64,000 bases of DNA from Eledone cirrhosa (lineage: Eukaryota). Each line of letters starts with the position of its first letter. The stretch's first letter is position 1. The stretch spans positions 15,190,001 to 15,254,000 of the forward strand of contig OZ024756.1 of assembly GCA_964016885.1 (NCBI GenBank), written 5' to 3'. The notes below the pieces were generated by a model. The model was not told the origin of the DNA, did not search any database, and worked only from the letters and a program-made list of their open reading frames with translations. The translations under genes were made by a program, and so were the position numbers. Shown in pieces: positions 26,101 through 40,179 of the stretch.

Positions 26101-29100
26101 GACCTCCCCCCATTCCCCTCTCTAGGCAGTATATCTCACCTGTACCCCACAGACCCCCCCCCCCCATTCTCCTCTCTAGACAGTGTATCTCACCTGTACC
26201 CCACAGACCTCCCTCCATTCCCCTCTAGGTAGTATATCTCACCTGTACCCCACAGACCTCCCCCCATTCCCCTCTCTAGGCAGTATATCTCACCTGTACC
26301 CCACAGACCCCCCCATTCTCCTCTCTAGACTGTATATCTCACCTGTACCCCACAGACCCCCCCCCCCATTCTCCTCTAGACAGTATATCTCACCTGTACC
26401 CCACAGACCTCTCCCCCATTCCCCTCGCTAGGTAGTATATCTCACCTGTACCCCACAGACCTCCCCCCATTCCCCTCTCTAGGTAGTATATCTCACCTGT
26501 ACCCCACAGACCTCCCCATTCTCCTCTCTAGACAGTATATCTCACCTGTACCCCACAGACCTCCCCCCATTCCCCTCTCTAGGTAGTATATCTCACCTGT
26601 ACCCCACAGACCTCCCCCCATTCTCCTCTCTAGGCAGTATATCTCACCTGTACCCCACAGACCTCCCCCCCATTCCCCTCTCCAGGTAGTATATCTCACC
26701 TGTACCCCACAGACCTCCCCCCATTCTCCTCTCTAGACAGTATATCTCACCTGTACCCCACAGACCTCCCCCATCCCCCTCTCTAGGCAGTATATCTCAC
26801 CTGTACCCCACAGACCCCCCCCCATTCTCCTCTCTAGACAGTATATCTCACCTGTACCCCACAGACCTCCCCCCATTCTCCTCTCTAGGCAGTATATCTC
26901 ACCTGTACCCCACAGACCCCCCCATTCTCCTCTCTAGACAGTATATCTCACCTGTACCCCACAGACCTCCCCCCATTCTCCTCTCTAGGCACTATATCTC
27001 ACCTGTACCCCACAGACCTCCCCCATTCTCCTCTCTAGACAGTATATCTCACCTGTACCCCACAGACCTCCCCCCATTCTCCTCTCTAGGCAGTATATCT
27101 CACCTGTACCCCACAGACCTCCCCCCATTCTCCTCTCTAGGCAGTATATCTCACCTGTACCCCACAGAGCTCCCCCCAATCTCCTCTCTAGGCAGTATAT
27201 CTCACCTGTACCCCACAGACCTCCCCCCATTCCCCTCTCTAGGCAGTATATCTCACCTGTACCCCAGAGACCTCCCCCCATTCTCCTCTAGACAGTATAT
27301 CTCACCTGTACCCCCACAGACCCCCCCCCCCCATTCCCCTCTCTAGGCAGTATATCTCACCTGTACCTCACAGACCCCCCCCCCCATTCCCCTCTCTAGG
27401 CAGTATATCTCACCTGTACCCCACAGACCTCCCCCATTCCCCTCTCTAGGCAGTATATCTCACCTGTACCCCACAGACCTCCCCCCATTTCCCTCTCTAG
27501 GCAGTATATCTCACCTGTACCCCACAGATCTCCCCATTCTCCTCTCTAGGCAGTATATCTCACCTGTACCCCACAGACCTCCCCCCCCATTCCCCTCTCT
27601 AGGCAGTATATCTCACCTGTACCCCACAGACCTCCCCCCATTCTCCTCTCTGGGCAGTATATCTCACCTGTACCCCACAGACCCCCCCCCATTCTCCTCT
27701 CTAGACAGTATATCTCACCTGTACCCCACAGACCTCCCCCCATTCCCCTCTCTAGGCAGTATATCTCACCTGTACCCCACAGACCTCCCCCCATTCTCCT
27801 CTCTAGGTAGTATATCTCACCTGTACCCCACAGAACCCCCCCCCCCCATTCTCCTCCCTAGACAGTATATCTCACCTGTACCCCACAGACCCCCCATTCT
27901 CCTCTCTAGACAGTATATCTCACATGTACCCCACAGACCCCCCCCCCCATTTTCCTCTCTAGACAGTATATCTCACCTGTACCCCACAGACCTCCCCCCA
28001 TTCCCCTCTCTAGGCAGTATATCTCACCTGTACCCCACAGACCTCCCCCATTCTCCTCTCTAGGCAGTATATCTCACCTGTACCCCACAGACCCCCCATT
28101 CTCCTCTCTCGACAGTATATCTCACCTGTACCCCACAGATCCCCCCCATTCTCCTCTCTAGACAGTATATCTCACCTGTACCCCACAGACCTCCCCCATT
28201 CTCCTCTCTAGGCAGTATATGTCACCTGTACCCCACAGACCTCCCCCCATTCCCCTCTCTAGGTAGTATATCTCACCTGTACCCCACAGACCTCCCCCCA
28301 TTCCCCTCTCTAGGCAGTATATCTCACCTGTACCCCCCACAGACCTCCCCCCTTTCCCTCTCTAGGCAGTATATCTCACCTGTACCCCACAGACCTCCCC
28401 CCATTCCCCTCTCTAGACAGTATATCTCACCTGTACCCCACAGACCTCCCCCATTCCCCTCTCTAGGCAGTATATCTCACCTGTACCCCACAGACCTCCC
28501 CATTCTCCTCTCTAGACAGTATATCTCACCTGTACCCCACAGACCTCCCCCCCATTCCCCTCTCTAGGCAGTATATCTCACCTGTACCCCACAGACCTCC
28601 CCCCATTCCCCTCTCTAGGCAGTATATCTCACCTGTACCCCCACAGACCTCCCCCCCATTCCCCTCTCTAGGCAGTATATCTAACCTGTACCCCACAGAC
28701 CTCCCCCCCCCCCCCATTCCCCTCTCTAGGCAGTATATCTCACCTGTACCCCACAGACCTCCCCCCATTCCCCTCTCTAGGCAGTATATCTCACCTGTAC
28801 CCCCACAGACCTCCCCCATTCTCCTCTCTAGACAGTATATCTCACCTGTACCCCACAGACCTCCCCCCATTCCCCTCTCTAGGCAGTATATCTCACCTGT
28901 ACCCCACAGACCTCCCCCATTCCCCTCTCTAGACAGTATATCTCACCTGTACCCCACAGACCTCACCCCCCCCATCATTCCCCTCTCTAGGCAGTATATC
29001 TCACCTGTACCCCACAGACCTCCCCCATTCCCCTCTCTAGGCAGTATATCTCACCTGTACCCCACAGACCTCCCCCCATTCTCCTCTCTAGGCAGTATAT

Positions 29101-32100
29101 CTCACCTGTACCCCACAGACCTCCCCCATTCCCCTCTCTAGGAAGTATATCTCACCTGTACCCCACAGACCTCACCCCATTCTCCTCTCTAGGCAGTATA
29201 TCTCACCTGTACCCCACAGACCTCCCCCATTCCCCTCTCTAGGCAGTATATCTCACCTGTACCCCACAGACCTCCCCCATTCCCCTCTCTAGGCAGTATA
29301 TCTCACCTGTACCCCACAGACCTCCCCCATTCCCCTCTCTAGGCAGTATATCTCACCTGTACCCCACAGACCTCCCCCCATTCTCCTCTCTAGGCAGTAT
29401 ATCTCAGCTGTACCCCACAGACCCCCCCCCCATTCCCCTCTCTAGACAGTATATCTCACCTGTACCCCACAGACCTCCCCCTCATTCCCCTCTCTAGACA
29501 GTATATCTCACCTGTACCCCACAGACCTCCCCCCCATTCCCCTCTCTAGACAGTATATCTCACCTGTACCCCACAGACCTCCCCCATTCCCCTCTCTAGA
29601 CAGTATATCTCACCTGTACCCCACAGACCTCCCCCTCATTCCCCTCTCTAGACAGTATATCTCACCTGTACCCCACAGACCTCCCCCCCATTCTCCTCTC
29701 TAGGCAGTATATCTCACCTGTACCCCACAGACCTCCCCCCATTCCCCTCTCTAGGCAGTATATCTCACCTGTACCCCACAGACCTCCCCCATTCCCCTCT
29801 CTAGACAGTATATCTCACCTGTACCCCACAGACCTCACCCCATTCCCCTCTCTAGGCAGTATATCTCACCTGTACCCCACAGACCTCCCCCCATTCCCCT
29901 CTCTAGGCAGTATATCTCACCTGTACCCCACAGACCCCCCCCCCATTCCCCTCTCTAGACAGTATATCTCACCTGTACCCCACAGACCTCCCCCCCATTC
30001 CCCTCTCTAGACAGTATACCTCACCTGTACCCCACAGACCTCCCCCCCATTCCCCTCTCTAGACAGTTTATCTCACCTGTACCCCACAGACATCCCCCAT
30101 TCCCCTCTCTAGGCAGTATATCTCACCTGCACCCCACAGACCTCCCCCCCATTCCCCTCTCTAGACAGTATATCTCACCTGTACCCCACAGACCTCCCCC
30201 ATTCCCCTCTCTAGACAGTTTATCTCACATGTACCCCACAGACATCCCCCATTCCCCTCTCTAGACAGTATATCTCACCTGTACCCCACAGACCTCCCCC
30301 CCCATTCCCCTCTCTAGGCAGTATATCTCACCTGTACCCCACAGACCTCCCCCATTCCCCTCTCTAGGCAGTATATCTCACCTGTACCCCACAGACCTCC
30401 CCCCATTCCCCTCTCTAGGCAGTATATCTCACCTGTACCCCCACAGACCCCACCCCCCCATTCCCCTCTCTAGACAGTATATCTCACCTGTACCCCACAG
30501 ACCCCACCCCCCCATTCCCCTCTCTAGACAGTATATCTCACCTGTACCCCACAGACCTCCCCCCATTCCCCTCTCTAGGCAGTATATCTCACCTGTACCC
30601 CACAGACCCCCCCCCATTCCCCTCTCTAGGCAGTATATCTCACCTGTACCCCACAGACCTCCCCCCATTCCCCTCTCTAGGCAGTATATCTCACCTGTAC
30701 CCCACAGACCTCCCCCCCCCCATTCCCCTCTCTAGGCAGTATATCTCACCTGTACCCCACAGACCTCCCCCCCATTCCCCTCTCTAGGCAGTATATCTCA
30801 CCTGTACCCCACAGACCTCCTCCCATTCTCCTCTCTAGACAGTATATCTCACCTGTACCCCAGACATCCCCCCATTCTCCTCTCTAGGCAGTATATCTCA
30901 CCTGTACCCCACAGAACTCCCCCATTCCCCTCTCTAGGCAGTATATCTCACCTGTACCCCACAGACCTCCCCCCATTCCCCTCTCTAGGCAGTATATCTC
31001 ACCTGTACCCCACAGACCTCCCCCCCCATTCCCCTCTCTAGGCAGTATATCTCACCTGTACCCCACAGACCTCCTCCCATTCTCTCTAGACAGTATATCT
31101 CACCTGTACCCCAGACATCCCCCCATTCTCCTCTCTAGGTAGTATATCTCACCTCTACCCCACAGACCTCCCCCCATTCCCCTCTCTAGGCAGTATATCT
31201 CACCTGTACCCCCACAGACCTCCCCCCATTCTCCTCTCTAGACAGTATATCTCACCTGTACCCCACAGACCTCCCCCATTCCCCTCTCTAGGCAGTATAT
31301 CTCACCTGTACCCCCACAGACCTCCCCCCATTCTCCTCTCTAGGCAGTATATCTCACCTGTACCCCACAGACCTCCCCCCCCCCATTCCCCTCTCTAGAC
31401 AGTATATCTCACCTGTACCCCACTGACCTCCCCCCATTCTCCTCTCTAGGCAGTATATCTCACCTGTACCCCACAGACCTCCCCCCATTCTCCTCTCTAG
31501 GCAGTATATCTCACCTGTACCCCACAGACCTCCCCCCATTCCCCTCTCTAGACAGTATATCTCACCTGTACCTCCAAAGACCCCCCCCCCCATTCTCCTC
31601 TCTAGGCAGTATATCTCACCTGTACCCCACAGACCTCCCCCCATTCCCCTCTCTAGACAGTATATCTCACCTGTACCCCCACAGACCCCCCCCCCATTCT
31701 CCTCTCTAGGCAGTATATCTCACCTGTACCCCACAGACCTTCCCCCCATTCTCCTCTCTAGACAGTATATCTCACATGTACCCCACAGACCTCCCCCCCA
31801 TTCCCCTCTCTAGGCAGTATATCTCACCTGTACCCCACAGACCTCCCCCCATTCTCCTCTCTAGGCAGTATATCTCACCTGTACCCCACAGACCTCCCCC
31901 CCATTCTCCTCTCTAGACAGTATATCTCACCTGTACACCAGACCTCCCCTATTCCCCTCTCTAGGCAGTATATCTCACCTGTACCCCACAGACCTCCCCC
32001 CATTCTCCTCTCTGGGCAGTATATCTCACCTGTACCCCACAGACCCCCCCCCCATTCTCCTCTCTAGACAGTATATCTCACCTGTACCCCACAGACCTCC

Positions 32101-35100
32101 CCCCATTCCCCTCTCTAGGCAGTATATCTCACCTGTACCCCACAGACCTCCCCCCATTCTCCTCTCTAGGTAGTATATCTCACCTGTACCCCACAGAACC
32201 CCCCCCCCCATTCTCCTCCCTAGACAGTATATCTCACCTGTACCCCACAGACCCCCCATTCTCTCTAGACAGTATATCTCACCTGTACCCCACAGACCCC
32301 CCCCCCCATTCTCCTCTCTAGATAGTATATCTCACCTGTACCCCACAGACCTCCCCCCATTCCCCTCTCTAGGCAGTATATCTCACCTGTACCCCACAGA
32401 CCTCCCCCCATTCCCCTCTCTAGGTAGTATATCTCACCTGTACCCCACAGACCCCCCCCCCCCCCATTCTCCTCTCTAGACAGTATATCTCACCTGTACC
32501 TCACAGACCCCCCCCCCATTCTCCTCTCTAGACAGTATATCTCACCTGTACCCCACAGACCTCCCCCCATTCCCCTCTCTAGGCAGTATATCACACCTGT
32601 TCCCCACAGACCCCCCCCCCATTCTCCTCTCTAGACAGTATATCTCACCTGTACCCCACAGACCTCCCCCCATTCCACTCTCTAGGCAGTATATCTCACC
32701 TGTACCCCACAGACCTCCCCCCATTCCCCTCTCTAGGCAGTATATCTCACCTGTACCCCACAGACCTCCCCCCATTCCCCTCTCTAGACAGTATATCTCA
32801 CCTGTACCCCACAGACCTCCCCCCATTCCCCTCTCTAGGCAGTATATCTCACCTGTACCCCCACAGACCTCCCCCCATTCCCCTCTCTAGTTAGTATATC
32901 TCACCTGTACCCCACAGACCTCCCCCCATTCCCCTCTCTAGGCAGTATATCTCACCTGTACCCCACAGACCCCCCCCCCATTCTCCTCTCTAGACAGTAT
33001 ATCTCACCTGTACCCCACAGACCTCCCCCCATTCCCCTCTAGGTAGTATATCTCACCTGTACCCCACAGACCTCCCCCCATTCCCCTCTCTAGGCAGTAT
33101 ATCTCACCTGTACCCCACAGACCCCCCCCCCCATTCTCCTCTCTAGACAGTATATCTCACCTGTACCCCACAGACCCCCCCCCCCCATTCTCCTCTCTAG
33201 ACTGTATATCTCACCTGTACCCCACAGACCCCCCCCCCCCATTCTCCTCTAGACAGTATATCTCACCTGTACCCCACAGACCTCCCCCCCATTCCCCTCT
33301 CTAGGTAGTATATCTCACCTGTACCCCACAGACCCCCCCCCCATTCCCCTCTCTAGGCAGTATATCTCACCTGTACCCCACAGACCCCCCCCCCCATTCT
33401 CCTCTCTAGACAGTATATCTCACCTGTACCCCACAGACCTCCCCCATTCCCCTCTCTAGGTAGTATATCTCACCTGTACCCCACAGACCTCCCCCCCATT
33501 CTCCTCTCTAGACAGTATATCTCACCTGTACCCCACAGACCTCCCCCCATTCCCCTCTCTAGGTAGTATATCTCACCTGTACCCCACAGACATCCCCATT
33601 CTCCTCTCTAGACAGTATATCTCACCTGTACCCCACAGACCTCCCCCCATTCCCCTCTCTAGGTAGTATATCTCACCTGTACCCCACAGACCTCCCCCCA
33701 TTCTCCTCTCTAGGCAGTATATCTCACCTGTACCCCACAGACCTCCCCCCATTCCCCTCTCCAGGTAGTATATCTCACCTGTACCCCACAGACCTCCCCC
33801 CCATTCTCCTCTCTAGACAGTATATCTCACCTGTACCCCACAGACCTCCCCCATCCCCCTCTCTAGGCAGTATATCTCACCTGTACCCCACAGACCCCCC
33901 CATTCTCCTCTCTAGACAGTATATCTCACCTGTACCCCACAGACCTCCCCCCATTCTCCTCTCTAGGCAGTATATCTCACCTGTACCCCACAGACCCCCC
34001 CCCCATTCTCCTCTCTAGACAGTATATCTCACCTGTACCCCACAGACCTCCCCCCATTCTCCTCTCTAGCAGTATATCTCACCTGTACCCCACAGACCTC
34101 CCCCATTCTCCTCTCCTAGACAGTATATCTCACCTGTACCCCACAGACCTCCCCCCATTCTCCTCTCTACGCAGTATATCTCACCTGTACCCCACAGACC
34201 TCCCCCCATTCCCCTCTCTAGGCAGTATATCTTACCTGTACCCCACAGACCGCCCCCCCCCCATTCCCCTCTCTAGGCAGTATATCTCACCTGTACCCCA
34301 CAGACCTCCCCCCATTCTCCTCTCTAGACAGTATATCTCACCTGTACCCCACAGACCTCCCCCCATTCTCCTCTCTAGGCAGTATATCTCACCTGTACCC
34401 CCACAGACCTCCCCCCATTCCCCTCTCTAGGCAGTATATCTCACCTGTACCCCACAGACCTCCCCCCATTCTCCTCCCCAGGCAGTATATCTCACCTGTA
34501 CCCCACAGACCTCCCCCCATTCTCCTCTCTAGGCAGTATATCTCACCTGTACCCCACAGACCTCCCCCCAATCTCCTCTCTAGGCAGTATATCTCACCTG
34601 TACCCCACAGACCTCCCCCCATTCCCCTCTCTAGGCAGTATATCTCACCTGTACCCCACAGACCTCCCCCCATTCTCCTCTAGACAGTATATCTCACCTG
34701 TACCCCCACAGACCCCCCCCCATTCCCCTCTCTAGGCAGTATATCTCACCTGTACCTCACAAACCCCCCCCATTCCCCTCTCTAGGCAGTATATCTCACC
34801 TGTACCCCACAGACCTCCCCCCATTCCCCTCTCTAGGCAGTATATCTCACCTGTACCCCACAGACCTCCCCCCATTTCCCTCTCTAGGCAGTATATCTCA
34901 CCTGTACCCCACAGACCTCCCCATTCTCCTCTCTAGGCAGTATATCTCACCTGTACCCCACAGACCTCCCCCCCATTCCCCTCTCTAGGCAGTATATCTC
35001 ACCTGTACCCCCACAGACCTCCCCCCGTTCTCCTCTCTGGGCAGTATATCTCACCTGTACCCCACAGACCCCCCCCCCATTCTCCTCTCTAGACAGTATA

Positions 35101-38100
35101 TCTCACCTGTACCCCACAGACCTCCCCCCATTCCCCTCTCTAGGCAGTATATCTCACCTGTACCCCACAGACCTCCCCCCATTCTCCTCTCTAGGTAGTA
35201 TATCTCACCTGTACCCCACAGAACCCCCCCCCCCATTCTCCTCCCTAGACAGTATATCTCACCTGTACCCCACAGACCCCCCATTCTCCTCTCTAGACAG
35301 TATATCTCACATGTACCCCACAGACCCCCCCCCCCCCATTTTCCTCTCTAGACAGTATATCTCACCTGTACCCCACAGACCTCCCCCCATTCCCCTCTCT
35401 AGGCAGTATATCTCACCTGTACCCCACAGACCTCCCCCATTCTCCTCTCTAGGCAGTATATCTCACCTGTACCCCACAGACCCCCCATTCTCCTCTCTAG
35501 ACAGTATATCTCACCTGTACCCCACAGACCCCCCCCCCATTCTCCTCTCTAGACAGTATATCTCACCTGTACCCCACAGACCTCCCCCATTCTCCTCTCT
35601 AGGCAGTATATGTCACCTGTACCCCACAGACCTCCCCCCATTCCCCTCTCTAGGTAGTATATCTCACCTGTACCCCACAGACCTCCCCCCATTCCCCTCT
35701 CTAGGCAGTATATCTCACCTGTACCCCCCACAGACCTCCCCCCTTTCCCTCTCTAGGCAGTATATCTCACCTGTACCCCACAGACCTCCCCCTTATTCCC
35801 CTCTCTAGGCAGTATATCTCACCTGTACCCCACAGACCTCCCCATTCTCCTCTCTAGACAGTATATCTCACCTGTACCCCACAGACCTCCCCCCATTCCC
35901 CTCTCTAGGCTGTATATCTCACCTGTACCCCACAGACCTCCCCCCATTCCCCTCTCTAGGCAGTATATCTCACCTGTACCCCCACAGACCTCCCCCCCCA
36001 TTCCCCTCTCTAGGCAGTATATCTAACCTGTACCCCCACAGACCTCTCCCCCCCCCCATTCCCCTCTCTAGGCAGTATATCTCACCTGTACCCCACAGAC
36101 CTCCCCCCATTCCCCTCTCTAGGCAGTATATCTCACCTGTACCCCACAGACCTCCCCCCCCATTCCCCTCTCTAGGCAGTATATCTCACCTGTACCCCAC
36201 AGACCTCCTCCCATTCTCCTCTCTAGACAGTATATCTCACCTGTACCCCAGACATCCCCCCATTCTCCTCTCTAGGTAGTATATCTCACCTGTACCCCAC
36301 AGACCTCCCCCCATTCCCCTCTCTAGGCAGTATATCTCACCTGTACCCCCACAGACCTCCCCCCATTCTCCTCTCTAGGCAGTATATCTCACCTGTACCC
36401 CACAGACCTCCCCCCATTCCCCTCTCTATGCAGTATATCTCACCTGTACCCCCACAGACCTCCCCCCATTCTCCTCTCTAGACAGTATATCTCACCTGTA
36501 CCCCACAGACCTCCCCCATTCCCCTCTCTAGGCAGTATATCTCATCTCACCTGTACCCCCACAGACCTCCCCCCATTCTCCTCTCTAGGCAGTATATCTC
36601 ACCTGTACCCCACAGACCTCCCCCCCATTCCCCTCTCTAGACAGTATATCTCACCTGTACCCCACAGACCTCCCCCCATTCTGCTCTCTAGGCAGTATAT
36701 CTCACCTGTACCCCACAGACCTCCCCCCATTCTCCTCTCTAGGCAGTATATCTCACCTGTACCCCACAGACCTCCCCCCATTCCCCTCTCTAGACAGTAT
36801 ATCTCACCTGTACCCCCAAACACCCCCCCCCCATTCTCCTCTCTAGGCAGTATATCTCACCTGTACCCTACAGACCTCCCCACATTCCCCTCTCTAGACA
36901 GTATATCTCACCTGTACCCCCACAGACCCCCCCCCATTCCCCTCTCTACGCAGTATATCTCACCTGTACCCCACAGACCTCCCCCCATTCCCCTCTCTAG
37001 ACAGTATATCTCACCTGTACCCCCACAGACCCCCCCCCCCCATTCTCCTCTCTAGGCAGTATATCTCACCTGTACCCCACAGACCTTCCCCCCATTCTCC
37101 TCTCTAGACAGTATATCTCACCTGTACCCCACAGACCTCCCCCCATTCCCCTCTCTAGGCAGTATATCTCACCTGTACCCCACAAACCTCCCCCCATTCT
37201 CCTCTCTAGGCAGTATATCTCACCTGTACCCCACAGACCTCCCCCCCATTCTCCTCTCTAGACAGTATATCTCACCTGTACCCCAGACCTCCCCCCATTC
37301 TCCTCTCTAGACAGTATATCTCACCTGTACCCCACAGACCTCCCCCCATTCTCCTCTCTAGGCAGTATATCTCACCTGTACCCCACAGACCTCCCCCCAT
37401 TCCCCTCTCTAGACAGTATATCTCACCTGTACCCCACAGACCTTCCCCCCATTCTCCTCTCTAGACAGTATATCTCACCTGTACCCCACAGACCTCCCCC
37501 CATTCCCCTCTCTAGGCAGTATATCTCACCTGTACCCCACAGACCTCCCCCCATTCCCTCTCTAGACAGTATATCTCACCTGTACCCCACAGACCTTCCC
37601 CCCATTCTCCTCTCTAGGCAGTATATCTCACCTGTACCCCACAGACCTCCCCCCATTCTCCTCTCTAGGCAGTATATCTCACCTGTACCCCACAGACCTC
37701 CCTCCATTCTCCTCTCTAGACAGTATATCTCACCTGTACCCCACAGACCTCCCCCCATTCCCCTCTCTAGGCAGTATATCTCACCTGTACCCCACAGACC
37801 CCCCCCATTCCCCTCTCTAGGCAGTATATCTCACCTGTACCCCACAGACCTCCCCCATTCCCCTCTCTAGGCAGTATATCTCACCTGTACCCCACAGACC
37901 TCCCCCCATTCTCCTCTCTAGACAGTATATCTCACCTGTACCCCACAGACCTCCCCCCATTCTCCTCTCTAGACAGTATATCTCACCTGTACCCCACAGA
38001 CCTCCCCCATTCCCCTCTCTAGGCAGTATATCTCACCTGTACCCCACAGACCTGCCCCATTCCCCTCTCTAGACAGTATATCTCACCTGTACCCCACAGA

Positions 38101-39267
38101 CCTTCCCCCCATTCTCCTCTCTAGACAGTATATCTCACCTGTACCCCACAGACCTCCCCCATTCCCCTCTCTAGGCAGTATATCTCACCTGTACCCCCAC
38201 AGACCGCCCCCCCCCCCCATTCCCCTCTCTAGGCAGTATATCTCACCTGTACCCCACAGACCCCCCATTCTCCTCTCTAGACAGTATATCTCACCTGTAC
38301 CCCACAGACCTCCCCCATTCCCCTCTCTAGACAGTATATCTCACCTGTACCCCACAGACCTCCCCCCATTCTCCTCTCTAGACAGTATATCTCACCTGTA
38401 CCCCACAGACCTCCCCCCATTCTCCTCTCTAGGCAGTATATCTCACCTGTACCCCACAGACCTCCCCCCATTCTCCTCTCTAGGCAGTATATCTCACCTG
38501 TACCCCACAGACCTCCCCCCATTCTCTTCTCTAGGCAGTATATCTCACCTGTACCCCACAGACCTCCCCCATTCTCCTCTCTAGGCAGTATATCTCACCT
38601 GTACCCCACAGACCTCCCCCCCCCATTCTCTTCTCTAGGCAGTATATCTCACCTGTACCCCCACAGACCCCCCCCATTCTCTTCTCTAGGCAGTATATCT
38701 CACCTGTACCCCACAGACCTCCCCCCATTCCCCTCTCTAGGCAGTATATCTCACCTGTACCCCACAGACCCCCCCCCCCCATTCTCTTTAGGCAGTATAT
38801 CTCACCTGTACCCCACAGACCTCCCCCCATTCTCCTCTCTAGGCAGTATATCTCACCTGTACCCCACAGACCTCCCCCCATTCCCCTCTCTAGGCAGTAT
38901 ATCTCACCTGTACCCCACAGACCCCCCCCCCATTCTCTTTAGGCAGTATATCTCACCTGTACCCCACAGACCTCCCCCCATTCTCCTCTCTAGGCAGTAT
39001 ATCTCACCTGTACCCCACAGACCTCCCCCCATTCCCCTCTCTAGGCAGTATATCTCACCTGTACCCCACAGACCTCCCCCATCCCCCTCTCTAGGCAGTA
39101 TATCTCACCTGTACCCCACAGACCTCCCCCCATCCCCCTCTCTAGGCAGTATATCTCACCTGTACCCCACAGACCTCCCCCCATTCTCCTCTCTAGACAG
39201 TATATCTCACCTGTACCCCACAGACCTCCCCCCATTCCCCTCTCTAGGCAGTATATCTCACCTGTAC
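5134..39267. repeat. Giant intronic minisatellite, 51-bp unit (CAGTATATCTCACCTGTACCCCACAGACCTCCCCCCATTCYCCTCTCTAGR), about 670 copies
   Basis: Directly visible uninterrupted tandem array of about 34.1 kb; variants are mainly C-run length, GGCAG/GACAG/GGTAG and TTCC/TTCT. Confidence 0.99.
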
Positions 39268-39271
39268 TATA

Positions 39272-39878
39272 ATAATAATAATTGTTTCTACTTTTGGCAC
39301 AAGGCCAGCAATTACCCCAGTGTATTACTGGTGCTTTATTTTATCGACCCCGTAAGGATGAAAGGCAAAGTTAACGTTAGCGAAATTTGAACTCAGAACG
39401 TAAAAGGCCGTAACTCTATGCTGCAAAGCATGGCGTCTGATGCTCTACCGATAATAATAATGATTTCTAGCATAGGCACAAGGCCAGTAATTTTGGGGGA
39501 GGGGGAGAGTCGATTAAATCAACCCCAGTGTATTACTGGAACTTTATTTTATCGACCCTGTAAGAATGAAAAGCAAAGTTAACCTGGGGGGGAGGGGGGA
39601 TTTGAACTCAGAAAGGCAAGGGCCGTAACTCTATGCGTCAAAGCATGGTGTCCGACTCTCTACCGATACTGCCAGTCCACCACCCCTGCGGGATTTATAA
39701 TAATTGTTTCTATTTTAGGCACAAGGCCAGCAATTACCCAGTACATTACTGGTACTTTATTTTATCGACCCCCGTAAGGATGAAAGGCAAAGTTAACCTC
39801 GACTGGATTTGAACTCAGATCGTAAAGGGACGTAACTATGCTAGAAAGCATGTCCGACGCTCTACCGATACTGCTGCA
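39272..39878 (-). mobile_element. Three tandem copies of SINE family 2 (further copies or fragments at 4967-5040, 45195-45385, 52210-52280)
   Basis: Repeated ggcacaaggccag...tactttattttatcgaccc...aaaggcaaagtta...tttgaactcag; minus-strand CTGAGTTCAAAT B box and (TTA)n tail. Confidence 0.85.
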
Positions 39879-39970
39879 GAGTTAACACTGGATCATTTGA
39901 TTCCCTGTCAAGTTATGTAACCTCAGGAAATCATTAAAGAACTAAAATAAAAAAAAGAAATAATTGTTAC

Positions 39971-40038
39971 CTGCTGGGTGAAAGGCAAATATATGTGAGA
40001 CCTCCAGGGGCAGTGTTTTTTCGGGGTTCCTTGTCATT
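39971..40038 (-). CDS. MROH1: MROH1-like exon K (NDKEPRKNTAPGGLTYICLSPS)
   Basis: tttccacag|AAT ... CAG|gtaaca; 68 nt. Phase 0/2 exactly bridges exon J to exon L. Confidence 0.8.
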
Positions 40039-40179
40039 CTGTGGAAATATAGTAATAATAATAATAATCATAATAACAATTTCCTTATTAACTATCAGGT
40101 TTATATAAAGGTGAGGGACGGACAGCAGAGGAGGGTGCAGTATGGGGTCTACAGGAAAACTAAGGTAAATAACAAAAAC

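Noticed and set aside
5134-39267. Giant repetitive protein (MGGGLWGTGEIYCLERR/G)n, since the unit is 17 codons and stop-free on the minus strand
   Set aside because: The frame breaks every few units, and many C-run indels recur at equivalent positions in duplicated blocks, so they are not just random read errors. Flanking exons K and L join in phase without it. Ribosome profiling or proteomics would be needed to revive the idea.
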